Assembly (NCBI RefSeq): GCF_006345805.1
Contig: NW_021834308.1
Location: 1-53,703 of the forward strand
Origin: Octopus sinensis
Lineage: Eukaryota
Direction: 5' to 3'
Length of the DNA stretch: 53,703 nt
Translations under genes and position numbers: made by a program
The notes under the pieces: generated by a model
What the model saw: the letters and a program-made list of their open reading frames with translations, nothing else
What the model was told of the DNA's origin: nothing
Database searches by the model: none
Shown here: one piece after another, positions 1 to 12,002 of the stretch
Position numbering within the stretch: position 1 is the stretch's first letter
How the letters are laid out: every line of letters starts with the position of its first letter

Positions 1-409
1 CACAAAGAGTGTGGAGTCGGCGAGTTGGCTGTAAGACCAATCGTAATCGAGGGGGTATGGAAGTCGAAGGTTAGAGAATCAATAAACGTCCTCAGAAATG
101 TATTTGTATGAAAAGTTGCATATGATTTAATCAAGTTTTATCCTTACGGCTGTTTCGGATAATCGATGACCGGTTGATATTGTCTTGATGTTGCAGGTAT
201 ACATAAAAGCAAAGGAGAATTATCAACAAGAACGGATTTTGATATTCCTGTGTAGCCAGATTGCGATGTCTTCATCAGAAAGACATACACACACGCGCGC
301 ACACACACACGTACACACACACACATACACACACACACAGAGTCACGTGCTATTACTCGTGCATACATGTATGTATGTGTGTATGTGAGCGTGTGTGCAT
401 TTTATTTGG

Positions 410-710
410 AAGGAAGTAATAGAAAAAGTACTGTGAAATTGCAATGAAGAATGGAATATCCAATGTTTCGAACGGAGTCCTCCTTCAGGGCAAAGTTGAG
501 GAATTGGCTGCAACTGATGAAGAACAGAAGAATAAATGTGAATTTGACATGTAAGCTGGAAGTAGGAGCGAGTGTTGGTGAAGAAATGAGAAATGAAAAG
601 CGAAGACTACGTGCATGAGGTGGAGGGTAAATGAGGTAAGAGGGGAGCTGAAGGGTAGTACTGTGATCAATGAAGTAAGACGAGGTGTAGGAATGGAAAG
701 AGAAAAGTTG
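410..710 (-). mobile_element. Probable Penelope-like element terminal (pLTR) relic
   Basis: The minus strand is pyrimidine-rich and then reads CTGAAGGAGGACTCCGTTCGAAACATT (462-488), a hammerhead-like motif of the kind found in PLE termini. Confidence 0.4.
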
Positions 711-713
711 TAA

Positions 714-745
<32 letters not shown>

Positions 746-804
746 TGTGTGCGTCTCTGTCTCTCGGTCTCAGGCGCTGTCACCCTTTCTCTATCCAAAT
801 GCCT

Positions 805-1184
805 AGTTTATGCTCACTGGTGGAATGTCCCAGAGAAAACCCCAATAAAATGCAAATATAATGGTCCAGTCATACTGATTTGGAACAGAAAAGAGATAGT
901 ATGTAGAGTAGTGTAAATCAGGTTGCGAGTAGATGTTAAGAGAAAGGTAAATATCAGCAAAAAAGAAAATACTTCCATTGAACTATTGAATTATCAGATT
1001 ACAAATTCTGATATATATTGCATTTACTGGGCCATTGGGATATGTAACAAACTGCCCAAACAACTATCTTGCGGATACAAGTTTCTCAGAATCAGAAAGA
1101 AGAAACTTCATTAGAAGACTGTAAATACAAACTATGAAGGGAACTGCCAAAATTCGTAAAACATTCCAAAAGTTTAGCATTTAA
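805..1184 (+). mobile_element. Degenerate 3' end of an RLE-type non-LTR retrotransposon ORF (R4/Dong-like), 5'-truncated
   Basis: Frameshifted translation gives WWNVPEKTPIKCKYNGPVILIWNRKEIVCRVV...GYVTNC...FSESERRNFIRRL*IQTMKGTAKIRKTFQKFSI* (stop 1182-1184). This matches the layout of a PD-(D/E)xK restriction-like endonuclease C-terminus. A probable 3' UTR runs to ~1330. Clade assigned from remembered motifs. Confidence 0.7.
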
Positions 1185-1357
1185 GTGTATATGATCAGGT
1201 CTCCATGTGAAACTATATGCATGATACTACATACATGAAACAAATAATACACACCTGCAAGTACAGAGAATGACTCCAGATATTGCACATATACACACGA
1301 ACATGCAGAAATACCTTCCAGACACAGCTAATATATACTATATTATATACATATACA

Positions 1358-1389
<32 letters not shown>

Positions 1390-1405
1390 ACTATATATAT
1401 ATATA

Positions 1406-1790
1406 TACTACATAAATAATGATATTTTCATAAATAATGAAAGCTACTATGAAAGGCTCATAGTATAATAACTGTATATAATATATATATATATATATAT
1501 AATGACATATATTTTTAAATATAAGCAAATGACCGAAAAATGATGAGCTAACCTCAGGCTGAATCAAACTCACAAATCGACGCTTTCATGGCACCTTGCG
1601 AATCTGATTGGCCAAACCCTCACCCATCAAATTCAGTCAAATTTTATTAATATATACTTAAACTGTCTCAATACTACATAAATAATATTTTTATAAGCAA
1701 ACCCGAAAGGCTTTGCGAAGTAAGGAGAGAAAGCTACTATGGAAGGCTCATGGTATAATAACTGTATAATAACTGTATATAATATATATG
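1406..1790. repeat. Partial direct duplication with ~266-bp period (unclassified repeat)
   Basis: TACTACATAAATAAT..ATATTTT.ATAA and GAAAGCTACTATG.AAGGCTCAT.GTATAATAACTGTATA occur at 1406-1481 and again at 1672-1790. Confidence 0.7.
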
Positions 1791-1816
1791 ATAATGATAT
1801 TTATTCACACATATAT

Positions 1817-1977
1817 GGCAGGTTTCTACACAGTTTCCGTCTACAAGGCATTGGCATGTTAGGGGCTATAGTACCAGACACTTGCCCAAAGTCCTACTCT
1901 TTAGTACTGTAACCGGAGACTGGACTCGATATCACGCTGTTGTATAACTAAGTGCTTAACCCTACAGCTATGCCTGC
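1817..1977 (-). mobile_element. SINE family A (tRNA-derived head), degenerate fragment
   Basis: Reverse complement resembles the head of the copies at 33372 and 51385 (CAGTTTCCGTCTAC, GACACTTGCCCAA). Confidence 0.65.
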
Positions 1978-2149
1978 ACACACACACACACACTTACACA
2001 CACATGTATATATACAAAGAGTGAGAAGCAGAGAGTGTCTCATCGATGATAACACCCCGTCCTTGTCTCTCTATCTCCTATTCTCTCTCCCCATTTTATC
2101 TCTCTCTGTAATATGGAACGCATATTTCAAGTTATTTGTTTTTAATATC

Positions 2150-2186
2150 ATTAATAATAATAATAATAATAAAATAATAATAATAA

Positions 2187-2221
<35 letters not shown>

Positions 2222-2240
2222 TAATAATAATAATTATTAT
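2150..2240. repeat. (AAT)n microsatellite
   Basis: Direct inspection. Confidence 0.95.
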
Positions 2241-2916
2241 AATGGTTGTGTCTGAGGAGACAGTTTTTAGCATTGCATAGAAACGCAATAAAAAAAATGA
2301 GAAATCGATAACGAATTCGCAGCTACGTAAAGTAACACCCACCGGAAGCAGAATATAAAAATTGCTACAATATGTGAAGTAAGTCAATCGAAAATGGAAG
2401 AACTGTTATGGAAAATATTTAAAGCAGAATGGGTGATATCTTCACAGATACAAACTGCGAAGGGGTTAATGTTGTTAAGTACAGAGAAAATACAGTAATA
2501 AAAATATATTGAGAAAAAAAAATCTCACATCCTACCCGTTTTACTGTGAAACTCACCCCCATAAATCTAAGAACAAAACACCCTAAAATAATAAATAAAT
2601 GAATAAATCGGTCGCCGCCCCTACGATAACATCTGGATATGACTTGTACGCAAATTCCTGAAAGCATGTATGGAAAAAAACCGAGACGGACAAGAAATAA
2701 TCGATACAATAGAAGATTTCCTTATTCCTTCTGTCTTAGAAGGATAAATAAAATGAATATATGTACATGTATGTTCGTATGCAGGTATATATATATGTAC
2801 GTGTGTATGTGTTCATGTATGCATATATGTAAATATGCGTATATATCATATATAATATATATGAAGAATAAGGACATACATATACATTATATATAAATAA
2901 AATTTATATATATTTA

Positions 2917-2993
<77 letters not shown>

Positions 2994-3135
2994 ATATAGA
3001 CCATATATTTATAGACGATTTATTTATACGAATTCTGTCTATATCTTTATCCATCTGTGTGTGTGCGTATGTTCAAGGATGTCTGTATAGACACACATAT
3101 TTTGTTATGCATGTGTACATCTCTCTTTGTCTCTC

Positions 3136-3178
<43 letters not shown>

Positions 3179-4256
3179 ATATAAAGCACAAAGAACTTTA
3201 CGTTTTTAAATGACGGAATAATACAAGAGTAAAAACAAACAAAAAAGCAAGAAAAACAATGATAAAAAAATACAACGAAATAGGCTATGGAAGCAAAGAC
3301 AGAACTTGGAGGAACAAGAAAAAAAACACAGAAAATAAACGAAATAGGAACTTATATTTTACATCAACGGAAGTAAACAACAACAGCAACAATAACAGAG
3401 CAGCAGCAGCAACAACAACCACAATAATGATAATAATAATAATCAACAAAAACAGAGCATCAGTAATATATGTCATACTTGATCGAAGAGAGAATATGTC
3501 ATAAAGAATTATATCAGCTGAATGTGTTGTATCACTCTGGTTTTGATTCTAGAGTGTGGCATATTTACGTTGTGTACTAATAATACAATTCTCCGCCATT
3601 TCTATTTCAAAATGCTCTGTACTACTTACAATCATGGTATAGCGTTCACACATATATATATATATTTACACATACCTATGACTATAGATGTATGTCTATG
3701 TACATATATGTACCTATGTATATAAATAGTTTGTGCTTTCTTAGCCTGTAGTGTTTAGTTTACAAATCAATATACACATACTTACCTGATTTTAATATGG
3801 TAAATTTCACTTTGTTCAGGAGCTTGTAAAATAAGCTACTGCGAGGCATCACATATATACCTATACATCTGTTTATATATCTATGTAAATGTGTGTTAAT
3901 ATTTATATATATATTTATATGTGTATCTATATATGTATATATACATATGGGTGTGTGTGTATGTATTTTTCTCAGCTTTCACTATTTTCCTCTTGTTCTG
4001 GTCTAACAACCCCCCATGTTTGTTTTAGTTCGGTTTCCTTGTATGCCTCCACTGTCCTGTTTTTGTTCCCAACTTTGACCCCACATAAATCCTGAATTTT
4101 ATTTTAGAATTTATGGGAGCAAATGTCTTTAAAGACGACTGATGAAGGGTCCCGTCTCTCTTTTTATTTGTCCTGTTTTCTATTTTCTTTTTGTCGTTGT
4201 TTAAGTATTTCATGTTGTTTGCACAGTTAGTGACGTCCTGTGCTCAAATATGCATA

Positions 4257-4288
<32 letters not shown>

Positions 4289-4290
4289 GG

Positions 4291-4603
4291 TAAAAGACCA
4301 TGGCTTTGCACATAAAAAGTTGCCCTCCAGGCAGAGTTGCGGGCATTATTGTTTGTTGAAGACTAGCAGTTACCCATGATTACCACTCTCTCCTCTCCAC
4401 ATTTGCGATGTTGTCCATGGGAAGAGCAAAGAGCACCAAACCTTAGTGACTTTGCAACTTAACTGTACAGATGAGTGAACTGGAGCAACGTGGAATAAAG
4501 TGTCATGCCGAACATCACAACACAAAGCCCTGTTCAGGAATCGAACTCTCAACCTCACGATTGTAAGACCGACGATCTAACCACTGAGCCATGCACCCTT
4601 CAC
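4291..4603 (-). mobile_element. SINE family B (tRNA-derived)
   Basis: Minus strand has a tRNA-like head (TGGCTCAGTGGTTAG...GTTCGATTCC) and central TTCCACGTTGCTCCAGTTCACTCA; homologous to 6314-6645. Confidence 0.85.
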
Positions 4604-4903
4604 AATCACAGAGAGAGAGGGAGGGGGAGAGACAGGCAGACAGACAGACAGACAGAGACTGCGACACATACACAGATACAGACACGCATACACACATACA
4701 CGTATGTATGTATATATATATATATATATATATGTATGAATTTTTTAACATCCCTATGTATATTAGTACACGCACGCACACACACACGTACGTATATATG
4801 TACGAATACATATGTGTGTATGCGTATGTATGAATGTATATATACATTTGTGTATGTGCGTGTGTGTATGTATGTGTGTGAATGTCTGTTGGGAGTTTAA
4901 GTA

Positions 4904-5127
4904 TTCCTTATTTCTTTATTGACCACAAGGGCCTAAACAAGGACAGACAAACGGATTAAGTCGATTACATCGACCCTAGTGCGTAACTCGTATTTAATTT
5001 ATCGACCCCGAAAGGATGAAAGGATAAATCGACCTCGGCGGAGTTTGAACTCAGAACGTAAAGACAGACAAAAAACTGCTAAGCATTTCACCCGGCGTGC
5101 TAACGATTCTGCCAGCTCACCGCCTTA
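4904..5127 (-). mobile_element. SINE family C (monomer)
   Basis: Reverse complement reads TAAGGCGGTGAGCTGGCAGAATCGTTAGCACG...GTTCTGAGTTCAAA...GAGGTCGA...CATCCTTTCGGGGTCGATAAATTAA; homologous to copies at 20006-22514 and 24890-25107. Confidence 0.9.
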
Positions 5128-5414
5128 TTTAAATATTTCTATGTGTGTGCTAAATGTGTATTTGTTTGCATGTGAATGTGTCTAAGCGCTACGAAACCAA
5201 TGCGATAACTGAGTAGATAAAAAAGAACAGGTGAATCCTAGTGATAATTATTGTGGCGTTTATCGTGGTCGGTCGTATTGCCAATCCATGCCCACATCAA
5301 ATGTTGTCGTAAAAGCGTTTTACTAGCGGTTGTCTTTGTCCTCATCGTTATCGTCGTCGTCGTCATCAACGTCATCATCATCATCGATAGTGGCAGCTGC
5401 AGCAACAGCACCAG

Positions 5415-5415
5415 G

Positions 5416-5497
<82 letters not shown>

Positions 5498-5620
5498 GAT
5501 GATGATGATGATGATGATGATAATAATAATAGTGATAATAATAATAGTAACAATGATGATGATGATGATGATAATAATAATAATTTAAAAAATATTATTA
5601 TTATTATTATTATTATTATT
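5415..5620. repeat. Compound (AAT)n/(GAT)n/(ATT)n microsatellite
   Basis: Direct inspection. Confidence 0.95.
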
Positions 5621-5884
5621 GTTTAATTCAATACAAATAGACTGCATCCTATCTAACAGCTGTTTCTGCTTCCAATGTTATATGTTATTGCCATTGATAT
5701 GCTAAAAACAAAAATATTCATCATATAATGATACTAAAACCGATCTGGAAAATGGAGCTTCATCAGAGTGAAGAAAATACATACATAAAATGAGATCTTA
5801 GAGAGGAAAAGGAAAGGTTGAATATGTCTAAATAATACCATTTTGCTTATGTGTCTCTTTGGGACGTATGTATATATATAATAA

Positions 5885-6306
5885 TAATATTAGGGAACAA
5901 ATCCAAACTTACAGGGAAAAATTAGATTTAGGATTAAATCCAATTTAATATATAAATATATTATATTATATTATATTATAGTATAGATATAATATATTAT
6001 ATTACATTATATTAAATTAGAGATAAAACCACTATCTTTATCTTTTATTAAACTTTTAATACTTTTGATATTTATATAAAAAAAAATATAAAAAAAATTA
6101 ATTAATTAAACAAAATAATATATAAATATAAAAATATACATACATATATATATTTGTATATATATATTTAAAATTTATAAGTTTAAATTATTTTAATAAT
6201 TTTTAAATTTTTAACTTTTATATTTTAAAGTTAATTTTATGTATTGGCTTATGTTTTTCCCTGTTTGATTTGCCTAATAGTGGTTTTATCTCTAATTTAA
6301 TATAAT
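5885..6306. repeat. Two oppositely oriented fragments of an AT-rich repeat sharing a perfect 30-bp inverted repeat (possibly Penelope-related)
   Basis: 6006-6035 ATTATATTAAATTAGAGATAAAACCACTAT is the exact reverse complement of 6277-6306. Confidence 0.65.
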
Positions 6307-6313
6307 ATATATA

Positions 6314-6645
6314 TAAAAGACCCCCTTCGGTCATGAATGACCATGGGATTGCACCTAGAAAGTTACCCTCATAGACACAAGTCCGGGCAAGGTTGTTTAT
6401 GGAAGACCAGCAGTCGCCCATGCATACCAGCCTCCCCTCTCCACGCCACCAGTGTTATCCAAGGGAAAGACAAAGGTCGATACAGCTTGGCACCAGTGAC
6501 GTCGCAACTCATTTCTACAGCTGAGTGAACTGGAGCAACGTGAAATAAAGTGCCTTTCTCAAGAACACAACACGCAGCCCGGTCCGGGATTCGAGCTCAC
6601 AACGTCACGATCGTAAGCTCGACGCTCTAACCACTGAGCCATGCG
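6314..6645 (-). mobile_element. SINE family B, near full length
   Basis: tRNA-like head on minus strand (CATGGCTCAGTGGTTAGAGCG...GCTCGAATCCCGG); same core as 4291-4603. Confidence 0.9.
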
Positions 6646-6694
<49 letters not shown>

Positions 6695-6695
<1 letters not shown>

Positions 6696-6830
6696 TTGAA
6701 ATTTACAGAAAAACAGAATACGAAGACAGGTGTATAAACAACAAGCAAATGTATTAGTTTGACGCTCGGGAAGGTGAGAAAGTTTTTTACGTTTCGAGCC
6801 TATGCTCTTTAACAGAAAGGGACACGAGGA
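6695..6830 (-). mobile_element. Penelope-like element terminal fragment with hammerhead-like motif
   Basis: Minus strand reads CTTTCTGTTAAAGAGCATAGGCTCGAAACGTAAAA, followed by a terminal tract with similarity to the sequence after the motif at 33150. Confidence 0.6.
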
Positions 6831-6982
6831 ACACACGTACTAAAAAGAAACTTCTTCCAAAAAGGTTAGTGGCGTTGTGATCAAGAATTTACAATTATTT
6901 ATTTTAAACTAATCTTTTAAGAGATCTTTTTTATACTTAGTACAAATGTAGCAAATATATACATTTTATATATATATATATA

Positions 6983-7066
6983 TAAAGGCGCCTTCACAGA
7001 CACATGGGGAGGTATTGCGCGTGCGTGTGTTATGTGTGTGTGTGTGCGTCTGTGAAGGAGCCTTTA
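6983..7066. mobile_element. 84-bp MITE-like element with 19-bp inverted ends
   Basis: 6983-7001 TAAAGGCGCCTTCACAGAC versus the reverse complement of 7048-7066, TAAAGGCTCCTTCACAGAC (18/19); the outermost TA may be a target-site duplication. Confidence 0.6.
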
Positions 7067-7289
7067 CGTTTTTGTTTGCTGCTCCACCATTTCAAAACTG
7101 GTATTGTTTCCTTTATTTCTTAATAACCTACCGTTTCTGCACAGCGATCGATAAAATGATTATCGCATTAGAAATATAAGTACTGGGGTCGATTTGTTTG
7201 ACCAAACCCTTCAGGCCGGAATTCCAGTTAGGGAAACCATCAGGTGTAGAAAATCAAAAATTTCGGCTGTGATACAGTAAAATTATCAT

Positions 7290-7669
7290 GGCGTAGGTGT
7301 GTGTTAAGAAGTTTGCTTCCCAGCCACATGGTTCTGGGTTCAGTTCCACAGCGGGGTATCTTGGGCAAGTGTCTTCTACTATGGCCTCGGCCTGACCAAA
7401 GGCTTATGAGTGGATTTGGCAGACGGAAGCTGAAAGAAGCCTGTCGTATATATATGTATATATTTGTGTGTTTGTGTCTATGTTTGTCCCTCTAACATCG
7501 CTTGACAACCGATCTTGGTATGTTTACGTCTTATGCAGTTCGGCACAAGAGACTGATAGAATAAGTACCAGGCTTACAAAGATTAAGTCCAGGGGTAGAT
7601 TTCTTCGAGTAAAAGGCGTAGCTCCAGTGTGGATACTGTGAAAATGACTCAAACAAGTAAAAAATAAAA
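7290..7669 (+). mobile_element. SINE family A, full length, diverged
   Basis: tRNA-like head, CTTGGGCAAGTGTCTTCTACTAT core, internal TA/TG microsatellite, tail ending ACAAGTAAAA. Confidence 0.9.
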
Positions 7670-7974
7670 TGGTGGCTATAATGATAATCTTAGGTGGGGT
7701 ACGAACTGAGACTCGTGAAAACGATGGCGGTGATGACAGTCTTTATGATTGTAAGCAAAGACTGGCAGCAAAATGATAGGTGGTGTCTGCAATGCGAACT
7801 CTCTCTTCAAGGACACTTTGCGTAATTAAGAAAGTGCTAATTTGAGATAGAGAGTGAGGATGGGAGAGAGACGGGGGATGGGTAGTTTCAAAAGGCAACA
7901 GCACGACGTGCATATTATTTTTTGATTTCTGAAATATTTACCACTGAAGATGATACTTTTAGTAATACGGATGA

Positions 7975-8500
7975 TTGGGATGATGATGATGATGATGATG
8001 ATAATGAAAAAAGCAGCCGATAAATGTGTTCATGAAGATGGGAGCAACGATGACTATGATAATTGGGATAACGATAAATATTGTGATGATTGGAATTATT
8101 CAGTTATTACTGTTAAAAATTCTTAATCCAAGATTTGCTGGTATTCCTGGATGTAGTGTTGGTACTGCTGAAAATATAATGCTGATGAAGATATTGATTG
8201 CTGAAATTGTTTGCTATTTTGCTTTTCTGGTAATGTTGGTGATGATGTTGATAACAATGCCAATGATTATGATGGTGATAATAAGGATGACGAAGATGTC
8301 GATTATGATGATAATGATGATAATGACGATGATGTTGATGATGATAACGGCGATGACTACGATGTTGATGATGAAGATGATGATGATGATGATGATGATG
8401 GTGGTGGTCGTGGTGGAGATGATGATAATGATGAGATTACTGATGATGATGACGATGATAATGGTGATGGTGGTGATAATGATGATGATGATGTGTGAAA
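7975..8500. repeat. Decayed (GAT)n-derived trinucleotide tract
   Basis: Sustained 3-bp periodicity (GAT/GGT/AAT/GAC); this explains the Met-rich and Asp-rich ORFs. Confidence 0.85.
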
Positions 8501-8811
8501 TACGGAGGAGTGAAAACGAATAATTGCAAAAAAAGTGTAGGGGAAGAATAATAGGAGTAAAAAAAGGCAAACCGTTTGAAAAATAATCAAACCAAATAAA
8601 TAAATACACATAGAAAATAAAATAAAGAAAAAACTGAATCACCAAAATAAACAATATAAGTAAGGAAAGAATGAGGAAAACCACAAAAAAGAACAGAAGA
8701 ACATTTTAAACAACAACAATAAGTGCAATAATGATGATGATGAAGATGACGTCGACGATGATGATGATGATTAGGATGATTATGATGATGATGATGGTGA
8801 TGATGATGATG

Positions 8812-8861
<50 letters not shown>

Positions 8862-8994
8862 GCAGATGAAAAGTAAGAAAGATAGAGAGAAATAAAAAGT
8901 CACTTGCCTCTTCCCCAAAAGAACGAAAAAAACAAAAACCACATGATGGAAATAATTTAGAAATAAAAAAAGTGAGGTTGAGAAGAAGAGAAAG

Positions 8995-9054
<60 letters not shown>

Positions 9055-9589
9055 GGAAGTATAAAAAAAAATGAACTAAAGGGAAATAAGAGAAATATCG
9101 ATACTTCAGCGCTTGCTAAATTGATTCCAATCCAGCAAATCTTTAAGTCTAAAGAACGAATTCATGTCCCCACCCCTTCATCATTGCATGTCCCCAGACC
9201 CACCCGTAACCTTCCATCCCTCCTTCTACTCACGTTCTTCCTTCAACATAATCGACATCAGTGCTACCAGTCACAAGGAACGTCACCGTCACCGCCAACA
9301 ACAAACGCCATTTTGATAAGAAGAGTTTTTTATGTACATTTTTTCTCTTTGTTTTATTAGGTTTGTATTTGATAGATTTTCGTTGAAATTTAAAAAAGAA
9401 AATCACGTTGTTATATTTGCTGTTGTTGTTGATGGTGATGGTGTGTATGTTTGTGTTTGAGTAATGGTCGTGGGTGACTTTTTATGCTTTTACGTATCTT
9501 TCTATATATTGGGAAAAGAGATATAGAGAAATAGCTTGAGTAAGTGAGAGAGATGCATTACAGCAAAAGTGGGATATATACGTAGAGCG

Positions 9590-9930
9590 ACAGATAGATA
9601 GACAGATAGAAATATACATACATAAATAGATAGAAAATAGATAGATAGATTGAAAATAGATTGATACACTGACTGGCAGACAGACACACAGACAGATAGA
9701 TAAATAGATAGATAGATAGATAGATACATACATACATACATACATAAATAGATAGATAGAGAAAAAGAAAAGTATACAGACTGACTGACAGATAGATAGG
9801 TAGGTAGATAAATACATAAATAGATAGATAGATAGATAGATAGACTGACAGATAAAGCAGATAGATAGCCAGGTAGACAGATTGATAGACTGTTAGATAG
9901 GTGGACAGACACACGGATAGATATAGAGGA
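9590..9930. repeat. Degenerate (GATA)n/(GACA)n tract
   Basis: Direct inspection. Confidence 0.9.
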
Positions 9931-10002
9931 TGATAGACACATGGATAAATAAGTAGTTAGATTCATAAATAGACATAGAGAGAGAATGCGACAGAAAAAT
10001 AT

Positions 10003-10410
<408 letters not shown>

Positions 10411-11217
10411 TATTAATAAAGCACCTTCACCAATACCGAGAGCAACAAGAAAAACAATACCGACAACAGTTACAAAAGCGCCAATGCCACCACCTCAACC
10501 ACCATAACCACTACCCCCAACACCACAATCACCACCACTGCCAGAAACAACACTAGCCACACCACCACCACCACCATCAACAACAACACAACAACAACAA
10601 CATCAGCAAGAACGATAATTGTGACTGAGGTAAGAAAGGAAAATTCAAATGAAGACCTGCAAAGATTAATGAAATCAAGAAAATTGTACAAAAATAGGGA
10701 ATAATGAGATGGGAAGGAGAACACGGTCCTTGCTCCACCTTATCGTGCACCGTTCACCCCATACATCCCTGAAAATGAAAAAAAAAAGAAAGGAAAAGAA
10801 AAGAATGAAGAGAGAACGAAAGAAAAATATATTGAAAACATTTAACATTGAAATTTAAAAAAGAAAAGAAAAAAACCTCTGCAACATAAGTATTAAAGAT
10901 GTTGGTTAAAAAATAAGAATAACAACAAAATATTAAAGGATAAAAAATAGAGAAATACATGTACATCAGATGTTGGTTAAGAACGGAAAAAAAAAATTTA
11001 AGTGATGTGGGGAGATGGCGCAGAGGGAATTGAATAAAATGTTTCAAAAAGAAAAAAAAGAAGAAAAAAATAGAAAAAAGAAAACCAGTTGAGGAAAAAG
11101 AAAAACTTTTAGTTTAAAAATAAAAATTAATCAAGAATAGTAATTCTATTATTCTTGAAAAAAAAAAAGAGGAACCAAAAAAAAAACCCTTGATTCTTCT
11201 AAGAATTCTATTTGTAG

Positions 11218-11235
11218 TTTATTATTATTATTATA

Positions 11236-11277
<42 letters not shown>

Positions 11278-11289
11278 TTATTATTATTA

Positions 11290-11345
<56 letters not shown>

Positions 11346-11368
11346 TGTTGTTGTTGTTGTTGTTGTTG

Positions 11369-11408
<40 letters not shown>

Positions 11409-11447
11409 CATCATTATCATCATCGTCATCATCATCATCATCATCAT
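11218..11447. repeat. Compound (ATT)/(GTT)/(ATC) microsatellite
   Basis: Direct inspection. Confidence 0.95.
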
Positions 11448-11466
11448 AGAATACATTAAATACGAT

Positions 11467-11502
<36 letters not shown>

Positions 11503-11579
11503 CGAACACGTACAAACATATTTCTACACACACAAACACACTGATTCATATATAAACACCTGTATATCTATTTAAGAAT

Positions 11580-11769
11580 GCGTATGTACGTACGTTCGTA
11601 CGTACGTACGTATGTAGGTACACATATATATATATATAAAGGTTTATCTTCTGTCCATTAAACTATGATTCTATTTCTCTCTTCCTTATTATACATATAT
11701 ATATATACAAATATGCATGCATACATACATTATATACATACATACATGCATACATACATACATACATAC

Positions 11770-11813
<44 letters not shown>

Positions 11814-11921
11814 ATATATATATATATATACATATATATACGTATACGTGTGTGTATGTGTGGAGTATGTATTCGGCTATATATAAGTACTTGTGTAAAT
11901 ATATATATATATATACATATG

Positions 11922-11956
<35 letters not shown>

Positions 11957-11965
11957 TATATAGAC

Positions 11966-12002
<37 letters not shown>

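Noticed and set aside
197-255. Possible plus-strand terminal exon (ttgcag|G-IHKSKGELSTRTDFDIPV*)
   Set aside because: No recognisable homologue. The neighbouring minus-strand GAAACAGCCGTAAG (~143-160) suggests that this is a decayed Penelope-like terminus.
444-554. ORF or exon MKNGISNVSNGVLLQGKVEELAATDEEQKNKCEFD followed by gtaagc
   Set aside because: Short, no known similarity, and better explained as the antisense of a PLE-like terminal relic.
2330-2385. Plus-strand acceptor/donor pair (cgcag ... GAA|gtaagt)
   Set aside because: All three frames contain stop codons.
4540-4603. tRNA-like sequences here and at 6580-6645, 33372-33440 and 51715-51785
   Set aside because: These are SINE heads contiguous with repeat bodies, not standalone tRNA genes.
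8026-8523. 165-aa Met-rich and 95-aa Asp/Gly-rich ORFs resembling acidic shell-matrix proteins
   Set aside because: (GAT)n-derived tracts are intrinsically open in these frames; there is no signal peptide, no splice support, and many similar tracts occur in the window.
10700-10770. Strong minus-strand acceptor (long pyrimidine tract plus CAG)
   Set aside because: No convincing donor follows, and pyrimidine tracts are ubiquitous here.
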